DNA from: Eledone cirrhosa
Lineage: Eukaryota
DNA length: 64,000 nucleotides
Assembly: GCA_964016885.1 (NCBI GenBank)
Contig: CAXHJY010000967.1
Coordinates: forward strand, 1 to 64,000
Direction: 5' to 3'
Shown here: positions 24,113-35,832 of the stretch, one piece after another
How positions within the stretch are numbered: position 1 is the first letter of the stretch
How the letters are laid out: each line of letters opens with the position of its first letter
Made by a program: the position numbers and the translations under genes
The notes under the pieces: model-generated
The model's input: the letters and a program-made list of their open reading frames with translations, nothing else
Database searches by the model: none
What the model was told of the DNA's origin: nothing

Positions 24113-26269
24113 TGTGGGTATGGTGTGGCGTGCGGGGGGAGGGGGGTGCTCGACCGGAAGGGGTTTTGGAGTGCTCGACCGGAAGGGGTCTTTTTGACCG
24201 GAAGGATGCTCGACCGGAAGGGCCAGGAGAGGGCCTCTCTCTAGTGGTGACCAGCATACGGTGAGGACGCGTTTTGGGCAGCTCCCGGTTTTAAGCAGTC
24301 GGACGCACGTGGAATAGGAGTACCTGCAGTGGAATTTAGCGGCGCCTGTGAAAAGCGGTAAGTGAGATAGCTTTTTCTAACCACAAGCTATTTCGGCGAC
24401 TGTAAAAAAAAAAAAAAAAAAAAAAAAAAGAAAACACTTGCCGCAAAACAAATCAGAAGATGGCGACAAGACTACGGATGAACGAAGCTATCAGGCCATT
24501 CACCGGGGAAGGTGATGTTGTCGCTTGGCTGCGGAAGGTTCGGCTGGTCGCGGGCTTGCAGAAGATAGAAGACGTGGCCGGTCTCATTGCATTGTACCTC
24601 GAGGGCGACGCGTTGGTACTCTTCCTTGAGTTGGACGAGCACAGCCAAAGAGATGTGCAGAAGATTGAGAGGCGTCTGATGGATGCATTCGCCGAGGGAC
24701 CGTTGGCGGCTTTTGCTAAGCTGGCAAGAATCAGGTGGAATGGTGAGCGCGTTGACATTTTCGCAGCGGAAATAAGGCGGTTGGCTATGTTGGCGGGATA
24801 CCAGGCAGAATGCGAACGCACGGTGCGGTTGGCATTCATCAATGGATTCCCGGACGACATAGCGGTGAAACTGCAGCAAGTCCCGGGGTACAAGGAGATG
24901 GAAATGCGTTCACTGGTGGAACAAGCCCGGATCATAGCGGAAGATGCCAAAAAGAGTGTCGCGGCGATAGCGACTACGGAGGCTCAGGACACCTGGCAGC
25001 GAAATGGTCAAAGGGAGGCAACCTCGGCACGCGGCCGTTCGCGAGAATTTAAGGGCCGCTGTTTTAGGTGTCAGGGCCCGCATATAGCTAGAGACTGTAG
25101 AGAGTCGAAGCCGGATATAATCTGCTACCGGTGTAAGCGACCAGGCCACATCGCTACTAACTGCGACCAGGGAAACGGTCCAAGGGGAACTACTGCGCCG
25201 GTAGTTGCCCCTTACGAGTAGCGGCGCTGCCGGTGGTGGAAGTCTTCGTGAGGGGGAAGCCACAGCGAGCCCTCGTGGATACGGGCTGTACGACGACACT
25301 GGTGACCGCGGGGGTGGCGCAGAGGTGGGGAGGTAAGGGCAGTCGACGGCAGGAAAATTGAATGCCGAGGTCGCAGCGAGATGGAAATAGCGGTACGGGG
25401 AAGGACGATAAGGCTTTCCGCCATCGTGGTAGACAGTGTGGTGGATGGGATCGGCGTGGTTATGGGCATGGACGCGATTGGCCGTCTAGGGGGCGTCACG
25501 GTGAACAATGTCGGTGTGTCGTTTGGAGCCGCTGCATCGGTATGCGCTGTGAGTGCACGTCATGAGAACCAGAAGGCCACGAGGGGCAATACCCCGCTTA
25601 CACTGTACAGGACAAGGACTTCAAGGCCGTGTTTGATGGGCAGCGATGGGTTGTTGAGTGGTACTGGAAGGGAGAACCACCAACACTGAAGACCAAAGTG
25701 GGCTGCTATCAACACACATTGAAGGGAAACGCTAGGGGCGAGAAGTAGAGAGATGGATCGAAGAGGGCATACTGCTTCCCTGGAAGGAGGAGGTGAAGTG
25801 CGGAGTATTGCCGTTGATGGCGGTGGTGCAACCCACGAAGAGCAAGGTGAGGCCGGTGCTGGACTACCGAGAGCTGAACGAGCACGTGTCATGCCACACG
25901 GGTGGCGAGGTCACGGATGTCTGTGGGGAAACCCTGCGTGAGTGGAGACGCATGACGGGGGGCTCAGCGATCGTGGATCTAAAGTCGGCTTACTTGCAGT
26001 TGCATATAGATGAGAAGCTCTGGCGGTATCAGCTGGTCAGGTATAAGGGCCGGACATATTGCCTGACCAGGCTCGGTTTCGGGCTGAGCTCCGCACCGAA
26101 GATCATGGTGGCGGTCCTCAAGACCTCTCTGGGGAGGGCCGACAAGATAAAGAGGGCTACTAACTCCTACATTGACGACATCCTAGTGGACGAGTCGGTG
26201 GTGTCGACGGCGGAGGTCACGAGCCATTTGCGGAGGTATGGACTGACTGCGAAGCCATCAGAAGCATTG
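24113..26269 (+). mobile_element. LTR retrotransposon B, copy 2, truncated within RT
   Basis: As B1; PBS 24386-24397; gag 24460-25221. Confidence 0.92.
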
Positions 26270-26756
26270 TATAATAAACAATACAATATAATTACCTCAT
26301 TACCAGAGGTTTCCCGAATAAGACGAATATAGAAACGTCCTCATTCGTTCGTCAGACAAGGCAATTTAAAACTGAAATATTTGAAAAATCTCCTCAAGAA
26401 AGGCAAAAGTTTAACGGGCAAAAAAAATATATAAATAAACGTAATGCAAGAGATATATAAAAATAAAATAAGGAAATATAGTAAGGGTATGTGTATAAAT
26501 GTGTGTATATGCACCTACAAATGTATATATGTGTGTATGTACAAATATCAGTGTTTTTCAAATATTTCACTATGTTTTAAATTGCCTTGTCTGAAGAACG
26601 AATGAGGACGTTTCTTGTATTCGTCTTATTCGGGAAACCTCTGGTAATGAGGTAATTATATTGTATTGTTTATTATACATTAAATTTAGCTCTGTAACTT
26701 ACATAGAACACTCTTCACTCCTATGACTTTTTCAATTTTCAACGGAAACTTCAATA

Positions 26757-26833
<77 letters not shown>

Positions 26834-28934
26834 TCAGAGAGGGTAACGCGGAGTTACTGTAGGTTACTGCGCACTCGATGTTTAGGTTCACGTCTGTATC
26901 GTGATGTAGAGCTAGACAGAGTGTAGTATAATAAAATAAAACAAGGACGAGTGGTTACTCCTCCATTACGTTTATTGGTTGGTGACGTGCGCTTCGCCAC
27001 CGATCAGCTCAAGGTTCGATCTGTGTATAATAACAATATAATATAAATTCATTGAACAAAAATGATAAAAGAAAGAAAAAAAGAGGGGTTGCAATTCACC
27101 ACCAAGTGTGATAATCGGCCGCACCTCACAACTTAAACAAGTTTTGACTATGAAAATAGTCGAACAAATTTAACATAGACCTATGGATTTGAAATGTACG
27201 TAAAGAAAGTTTCCGTATTATAATCTTTCGCTTTATCACAACATCTTGACTTCAAATGATGACATACATAGAATAGTACAACTATAAGTGGAAGGGAGGG
27301 GTCAATGAAGGAAGCACCATTTTAAACTTAGCAGAAACGTTTTTCGGTATTTTTTTTTACCAATTAGTCTAAGAACATTTGGAGTTTTAAAATGATTTGA
27401 TCGGAGATCGTATGTTAAGACTGAAGCAAATATATCGTGGAGAATCCATTTTAGCAATTTAAAAAAAACCCCACAAAACTTATATTCATTTTTCATTGAT
27501 ACTGTTAAGTGTCACTAACACAGTTCCTTTTGTGATTATATAAGTGACTAGTTTGTAAATTAAAAAGTAATAATTAATATTTTAAAAATATGTTGAGCTG
27601 TCAAGTGAAAACCTGTTTTATACACGAGAGAGAGAGATATACTTGCACGGTGTTTATTTACCTTAGTAAATGTTAGTTCCGTTTTCTAAAAGTTGCCTTT
27701 CCAGTTATATAGAAATCCTTGGCTACGTTTATTAGACCACGTTAACAATATTTATTTGAATTTTTAGTGCAGTGTTGGTTAGCTCTGACAGATCAAACCT
27801 ATGACCATATCTCAGTTTTTTTTTCATATCCATTTCTGGCAGTCCGAGTGATCACATAGTTAACTCATAGAGTAGGTTTGATTTACAGGTTGTTCCTCTA
27901 CTTCGTTTAAGAAAAAGAATAAACAAAGAGTTTGTTAAGTTTTTTAAAATAATCAAGGGAGAAATGCCACGTAAACTATATTTTCCTTTCTGCAAATTAT
28001 AGCAAGTCCTTCAGCCAAGAATGTCACCATCCCGTCCTTCGTAGCTCAGAAAAACAAACAACAAAACTATGTGTATGTGCAAGTGACATAACATGTGTGA
28101 GTAGTTTACACAGCATAAGTAATTATGAGTGGCCACACTTTGCGGGAATCAGATAAAATTAAAAAAAACATTATACGTTTTATTTTTTCGTTAATATTAT
28201 TTTTTCTTCTCGCACCAAAGTAATATTCGGAAATACGTATACTTCATCATCATCATCATCCTTTTACGTCCGCTTTCCCCTGCTTGTAAGGGTGGGACGG
28301 GAACTGATTCTGGCTTGATTTCTACAGCTGGATGCCCTTCGTAACACCAACCTCATTTACAGTGAGTGCTGGGTGCTTTTTTTGCCGTGGCACCTCCACG
28401 ACCACTTTGCAGTGGAATGATATGGACCCCAGTCCCTATCATCTCATTTCTACAGCTGAGTAAACTGGAGCAATGTGAAATAAAGTGTCTTGCTCAAGGA
28501 AACAACACATCACCCAGTCTGAGAATTGAACTCACAACCTTTCGATTGCAAGGCCAATGCTCTAACCACTAAGCTATGTGCCTCCATATCCGAATATTTT
28601 CCACATTCGCTCCTGTTCGGAAATACATATGCTTCATATATCCGAATATTTTTCCCCAAACACTCCTATTTCTCATATAGAAAAACATGTATGTGTATAA
28701 TATTTATGGATGTCTGTGCTGGAAGAAGGTGTTCATAATAGAGAATCCATTGCTAAAACAGGAGTCTAGTAAGTATTCTCCATTCGTATTTAGATCGGGG
28801 GTCACCGTTCCTTCCAATCACTCATTTCCATGTCAGGTCGTTAGTGGAAACATGTGCATTGAAGTCTCCCATTGGGATATATGACCCAGTCTTAACTACA
28901 TCTAACGTGGCAGTAACTTTTTCATAGAAGGGCT

Positions 28935-31900
28935 TGTGGTTAGAAAAAGCTATCTCACTTACCGCTTTTCATAGGCGCCGCTAAATTCCACTGCTGGTCT
29001 CTCCTCTTCCACGTGCGTCCAACTCCTTAACACCAGGAGCTGCCAAAACTCGCGTCTACACCGTTGCTGGTCACCACTAGAGAGGGCCATCTGCTGGCCC
29101 TTCCGGCCAAGCACCCTTCCGGTTGAGCACTCCCCCGCTTCCGGCCACCGCACGCCACACCATACCCACACGCCTCCCTGATCTCAAGGATCAATTTCCC
29201 CCTCGTCCTTCTCCATATGAAAGTCTGCTGTCCAGGTTGGTGGTTTACGACTTCTTTGCGATCTCCGCAGTGTTGGGGCAGCACTTTCGGTTTCCTCTTC
29301 CTCGGAGTCCGTTGAAACAGTGATTCTACAGACATCCAGGACATGACGTGGTACTCCGTCCATGGACACATTGTTCTGGGAATTTACGGCCGTCACCGTT
29401 CCCCTTCCCCATTGAGATGTACAACGTGCATCTGGGGGCTTACCCAGACTTCTTCGCCCACCTGCACGAATGCACTCTCTCTCCCCACTGGCCGTTGTGG
29501 TGGCGTGCACGGGTGCCACCACTCGTATCTGAATACTGCTCTGTGTGGCACCGATTCCTCGACCTGTCTCACCCGAGGGGACATGTTGTACCAGAACACT
29601 GCCTCCATTGGTGAGATATGGCCCCGCTCCACCATTGCCTTGATCGTCCGGTGGTGTCGCTCCACAATTCCATTCCCGCTCGGCCTGTGCGCTGCTCTGA
29701 AGAAACGGTCGACCTTCCATCCATCGAGCATCTCCCTCAGCGCCTCCGAGCGGAACGCTGCGCTGTTGTCCATTAGCAGTTCGTCCACAGGGCCCCGCTC
29801 CAAGAACACCTCTCTCAACGTCCGCATGATTTCCTCGGCCGTTCCAGTCATCATCTCCCTCCATATCGCCATCCGTCCTGGTCCACAGTCGACCATCGAG
29901 AGGTACGTTCCCTGTCGGTAGTGCGTTACATCCACCGCCAATCGCTTCCAGTCGCGATCCACCGGGAGGCTTCCCGTTTCGTGTACACCCGGGGCGGGAT
30001 CAATGGACTGACTTCGGACGCAGCCTCTAACCACCCTTTGAACACTGTGTCTGTTAACGTCCGAGTCGATTCTCCTGGCTAGGAACAGGCTCCTATCCAC
30101 TCCCATGTGGTGCATGTCATGCAACCCTTTCAGATCCGACTCGGTCAGCCGACACACGGCAGCTATCTCATCTTCTACCTCCTCCGGCGCTTCCATCCAG
30201 GCTTTCTTCACCCTAGTTAAGATGTCCGCCCTATTTTTCTCTGAGAGCACGAAAACTACGCTCAGCCTCAGGTCGAACTCGGTGGCCAGCTCTCCTAAAG
30301 TTCCCAGGCGGCGCTTTATCAGCATCTCCGCCGGCCCTCTCGTTCGCACTCTCTTTTCACTGGTGAGCACTGATCTCACCCATCCGAGTACAGTAGCCGA
30401 GTTGGTGCGTATCTCGATGGTGCGCAGTCCCCACCTCAGGGCGAGGTTCACCCCTCTCAACACTGCGTCCAGTTCGGCCACATTGATGTGGTTGCAGTCG
30501 TCCTTCTTCCTAAGCCAGGCTGCATCCTCGACCTCAACACCTCTTATCTCCAACGTGACACCCAGCGCTATGCTGCTGACATCACACCATACGGTCCCGC
30601 TCTGCGATTTGGGAACGTACCAGCGTCCCCGCACTGGGTCGTCGGCCTTCACCCTCCCCACGATCTCCTGCATCATGGCCACCGTCCTCTCTCCCACTCT
30701 GTCACTCCAAGTCACTCCTCCCGCTCGTCTCTTGACATAGCTGCATGCCGTCCGGAGCCACCCAGCAATAGGGTAGTGACCCACCAACTTTCCACACACC
30801 GAGAAAAGCTCCCGCCTACTCATACTTGGGTCCAGTTCTGGAACTTCATTTCCCCTCTGGAATACCAAGACGCCCGTCCTGTCTCGCCGTAGCCTAAGTC
30901 CCAGCGCGGCTCCTCCCTCTAACGCTTCTGACGGCTTCGCAGCCAGTCCATACTCCTGTAAATGGCTCGTGACCTCCGCCGCCGACACCACAGACTCGTC
31001 CACTAGGATGTCGTCAATATAGGAGTTAGTGGCCCGCTTCATCTTGTCGGCCTTTCCCAGAATGGTCTTGAGGACCGCCACCATGATCTTCGGTGCGGAG
31101 CTCAGCCCGAAACCGAGCCTGGTCAGGCAATATGTCCGGCCCTTATACCTGACCAGCTGATACTGCCAGAGCTTCTCATCTATATGCAATTGCAAGTATG
31201 CCGACTTTAGATCTACGATTGCTGAACTCCCCGTCATGAGTCTCCACTCACGCAGGGTTTCCCCACAGACATCCGTGACCTCGCCACCCGTGTGGCATGA
31301 CACGTGCTCGTTCATCTCCCGAAAGTCCAGCACCAGCCTCACCTAGTTCTTCGTGGGTTGCGCCACCGCCATTAACGGCAATACTCCGCACTTCACCTCC
31401 TCTTTCCAGGGAAGCAGTATGCCCTCCTCAATCCATCTCTCTACCTCTCGCTCGAACTCGCTCCTAATGTTTCCCTTCAATGTGTGTTGATAGCAGCCCT
31501 CTTTGGTCTTCAGTGTTGGTGGTTCTCCCTTCCAGTACCACTCAACAACCCATCGCTGCCCATCGAACACGGCCTTGAAGTCTTTGTCCTGCACAATGTA
31601 AGCGGGGTATTTCTCCTCGTGGGCCTTCTGGTTCTCCTGTCGCGCGCATACCGATGCAGCGGCGCCAAACCACACACCGACGTTGTTCACTGTGACGCCC
31701 CCTAGACGGCCAATCGCGTCCATGCCCATAACCACGCCGATCCCCCCCACCACGCTGTCTACTACGATGGCAGAAAGCCTTATTTTCCTTCTCTGTACCG
31801 CTATTTCCATCTCGCTGCGACCTCGGCATTCAATTTTCCTGCCGTCGACTGCCCTTACGCTGCTCTTCCCTCTCCACCTCTGCGCCACCCCCGCGGTCAC

Positions 31901-33081
31901 CAGTGTCGTCGTACAGCCCGTATCCACGCGGGCTCGCTGTGGCTTTCCCCTCACGAAGACTTCCACCACGGGCAGCGCCTTGACTCGTAAGGGGCAACTA
32001 CCGGCGCAGTAGTTCCCCTTGGATCGTTTCCCTGGTCGCAGTTAATAGCGATGTGGCCTGGTCGCTTACACCGGTAGCATATTATTTCCGGCCTTGACTC
32101 TCTGCAGTCTCTAGCCATGTGCGGGCTCTGGCACCGAAAACAGCGACCTCTAAACGTTCGCGGGCGACCGCGCGCCGTGGTTGCCTCCCTTTCACCATTT
32201 CGCTGCCAGCTATCTTGAGCCTCTGTAGTTGCTATCACCGCAACACTCTTTTTGGCATCTTCTGCTTTGATCCGGGCTTGTTCCACCAGTGAACGCATTT
32301 CCATTTCTTTGTAACCCGGGACTTGCTGCAGTTTCACCGCTATGTCGTCTGGAAATCCATTTATGAACGCCAACCGCACCGTGCGTTCGCATTCCACCTG
32401 ATATCCAGCCAACATAGCCAATCGCCGTATTTCCGCTGCGAAAATGTCAACGCGTTCACCGTTCCATCTAATTCTTGCCAGCTTAGCGAAAGTGGCTAAC
32501 GGTCCCTCTGCGAACGATTCTATCATGCGCCTCTCAATCATTTGCGCATCTCTTTGGCTGTGTTCGTCCAACTCAAGGAAGAGTACCAACGCGTCCCCCT
32601 CGAGGTACAGTGCCATGAGGCCAGCCACATCTTCTATCTTCTGCAAGCTTGCGACCAGCCGGACTTTTCGCAGCCAAGCGACAACATCACCTTCCCCGGT
32701 AAATGCCCTGATAGCTTCGCTTGTTCGTAGTCTTGTCGCCATCTTCTAATTTGTCTTGCGGTACGTGATAAAAAAAAAAACAACAGACTCCTCTCTGTTT
32801 TTCCAGTAGCCTTTTTTTTTTTTTTTAAATTTTTCAATCAGATCTCAGTTTCCAGTGCCGAAATAGCTTGTGGTTAGAAAAAGCTATCTCACTTACCGCT
32901 CTTCCACGTGCGTCCAACTCCTTAACACCGGGAGCTGCCAAAACTCGCGTCCACACCGTTGCTGATCACCACTAGAGAGGGCCATCTGCTGGCCCTTCCG
33001 GTCGAGCATCCTTCCGGCCAAGCACCCTTCCGGTTGAGCACTCCCCCGCTTCCGGCCACCGCACGCCACACCATACCCACA
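28935..33081 (-). mobile_element. LTR retrotransposon A, copy 3
   Basis: Same structure and GGGCT TSD as copy 1. Confidence 0.95.
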
Positions 33082-33752
33082 GGGCTTGCATTCGGACTCC
33101 TTGTTTGGTGCATAAACTTGCACCACCCATAGAAACCTATTTTTCAGCCTGTGTGTATCCCCACACTCTCCTGTTCAGTTATTTCTGGCATCACAGTGGA
33201 GTTTCCATCCTCCATCCAGAGCCGTAGAACTTTGTTGAAGAACCCTTGACTATATCTAGCTGGTAGTATCTAGCCTCCTCCACTAGTTCCTGTTCCTTAC
33301 CTATAAGGGTTGTGATGTTCCAGGTTCCAATTGTCAAGTTTTGCTCCCTTCAGGGATACGCTATCTTTGTGCATTTGTAGAAGATCACGCCATCTAGCGT
33401 CGACTTTGGAGGCAGTCGATTAACTGCCCTTAGTTCTGACGTCACGTTCTGACGTCAGTAGCTGGAACAACATCTCTTGAACGGTGATACCTTGAAGTGA
33501 AGAGACGTGTTTCCAGCTACTGACGCCAGAACGAAGGGCAGTTAATCGACTGCCTCCAAAGTCGACGCTAGATGGCGTGATCTTCTACACATTCATCTCA
33601 TGCCTCCCAGGACAGGACGCAGACCCATCGCCAGTTTTTGTTGCATGAAATGGAGACTGCAATATATTGTTCGAACAACCACTCTACCTAAGGCCTGAAC
33701 ACCTCCCTTGTTAACACACATGAAGGACGATGCAGTAGGGTTGTTTTTTGCT

Positions 33753-34152
33753 CCTCTCACAGTATTACAGTTTTGGTGGTCTTATTCGTGCAAGTCACCA
33801 ATTTGGTACTTTGTCAAACCCGCGAAAACTAGGTTTTTTTAGAAGCAGCCTTTACTAGCCTCATCATACTACATCACTGCGTTATGAGAGTTTACTTAGG
33901 AGCTGTAGCGAGCTACTTTCCTTTGGCGCATTGATAGGCTATTCGTGCATGATTTGGCTAAGTCAGGCCAATCGTGAGCCGCGCACGGATATGTATTTTC
34001 AACTTCCGCCTAAACTGAGACTTTCCCGCTACTTTCAATAAACTCTATCTCTTGAAGCTTTGATCGTGGAAAGGTAAACAACCATTTTTCTTTTGCCGTG
34101 AACCATTGGCCAATATGTAACACCACAGCATAACCACGGACCTGGTTAACAC
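33753..34152 (+). repeat. 400-bp direct repeat flanking element B (partner 38365-38764)
   Basis: CCTCTCACAG..GGTTAACAC lies immediately before the 5' LTR and immediately after the 3' LTR. Confidence 0.92.
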
Positions 34153-34425
34153 TGTGGGTATGGTGTGGCGTGCGGGGGGAGGGGGGTGCTCGACCGGAAG
34201 GGGTTTTTGAGTGCTCGACCGGAAGGGGTCTTTTTGACCGGAAGGATGCTCGACCGGAAGGGCCAGGAGAGGGCCTCTCTCTAGTGGTGACCAGCATACG
34301 GTGAGGACGCGTTTTGGGCAGCTCCCGGTTTTAAGCAGTCGGACGCACGTGGAAGAGGAGTACCTGCAGTGGAATTTAGCGGCGCCTGTGAAAAGCGGTA
34401 AGTGAGATAGCTTTTTCTAACCACA

Positions 34426-34437
34426 AGCTATTTCGGC
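34426..34437 (+). promoter_or_regulatory. Primer-binding site AGCTATTTCGGC, complementary to tRNA-Phe nt 1-12
   Basis: Directly follows the terminal CA of the 5' LTR; identical in A and B, which diverge right after it. Confidence 0.75.
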
Positions 34438-34499
34438 GACTGTAAAAAAAAAAAAAAAAAAAAAAAAAAGAAAACACTTGCCGCAAAACAAATCAGAAG

Positions 34500-35261
34500 A
34501 TGGCGACAAGACTACGGATGAACGAAGCTATCAGGCCATTCACCGGGGAAGGTGATGTTGTCGCTTGGCTGCGGAAGGTTCGGCTGGTCGCGGGCTTGCA
34601 GAAGATAGAAGACGTGGCCGGTCTCATTGCATTGTACCTCGAGGGCGACGCGTTGGTACTCTTCCTTGAGTTGGACGAGCACAGCCAAAGAGATGTGCAG
34701 AAGATTGAGAGGCGTCTGATGGATGCATTCGCCGAGGGACCGTTGGCGGCTTTTGCTAAGCTGGCGAGAATCAGGTGGAATGGTGAGCGCGTCGACATTT
34801 TCGCAGCGGAAATAAGGCGGTTGGCTATGTTGGCGGGATACCAGGCAGAATGCGAACGCACGGTGCGGTTGGCATTCATCAATGGATTCCCGGACGACAT
34901 AGCGGTGAAACTGCAGCAAGTCCCGGGGTACAAGGAGATGGAAATGCGTTCACTGGTGGAACAAGCCCGGATCATAGCGGAAGATGCCAAAAAGAGTGTC
35001 GCGGCGATAGCGACTACGGAGGCTCAGGACACCTGGCAGCGAAATGGTCAAAGGGAGGCAACCTCGGCACGCGGCCGTTCGCGAGAATTTAAGGGCCGCT
35101 GTTTTAGGTGTCAGGGCCCGCATATAGCTAGAGACTGTAGAGAGTCGAAGCCGGATATAATCTGCTACCGGTGTAAGCGACCAGGCCACATCGCTACTAA
35201 CTGCGACCAGGGAAACGGTCCAAGGGGAACTACTGCGCCGGTAGTTGCCCCTTACGAGTAG
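34500..35261 (+). CDS. gag: Gag of element B (two CCHC knuckles)
   Basis: CFRCQGPHIARDC and CYRCKRPGHIATNC. Confidence 0.9.
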   Translation: MATRLRMNEAIRPFTGEGDVVAWLRKVRLVAGLQKIEDVAGLIALYLEGDALVLFLELDEHSQRDVQKIERRLMDAFAEGPLAAFAKLARIRWNGERVDIFAAEIRRLAMLAGYQAECERTVRLAFINGFPDDIAVKLQQVPGYKEMEMRSLVEQARIIAEDAKKSVAAIATTEAQDTWQRNGQREATSARGRSREFKGRCFRCQGPHIARDCRESKPDIICYRCKRPGHIATNCDQGNGPRGTTAPVVAPYE

Positions 35262-35267
35262 CGGCGC
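35210..35267 (+). promoter_or_regulatory. -1 ribosomal frameshift signal (G GGA AAC plus H-type pseudoknot)
   Basis: Slippery heptamer 35210-35216; 7-nt spacer; stem GGGGAACTAC/GTAGTTGCCCC; loop GCGCCG pairs with CGGCGC 35262-35267; the -1 frame reads into LVDTGC protease. Confidence 0.85.
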
Positions 35268-35832
35268 TGCCGGTGGTGGAAGTCTTCGTGAGGGGGAAGC
35301 CACAGCGAGCCCTCGTGGATACGGGCTGTACGACGACACTGGTGACCGCGGGGGTGGCGCAGAGGTGGGGAGGTAAGGGCAGTCGACGGCAGGAAAATTG
35401 AATGCCGAGGTCGCAGCGAGATGGAAATAGCGGTACGGGGAAGGACGATAAGGCTTTCCGCCATCGTGGTAGACAGTGTGGTGGATGGGATCGGCGTGGT
35501 TATGGGCATGGACGCGATTGGCCGTCTAGGGGGCGTCACGGTGAACAATGTCGGTGTGTCGTTTGGAGCCGCTGCATCGGTATGCGCTGTGAGTGCACGT
35601 CATGAGAACCAGAAGGCCACGAGGGGCAATACCCCGCTTACACTGTACAGGACAAGGACTTCAAGGCCGTGTTTGATGGGCAGCGATGGGTTGTTGAGTG
35701 GTACTGGAAGGGAGAACCACCAACACTGAAGACCAAAGTGGGCTGCTATCAACACACATTGAAGGGAAACGCTAGGGGCGAGAAGTAGAGAGATGGATCG
35801 AAGAGGGCATACTGCTTCCCTGGAAGGAGGAG

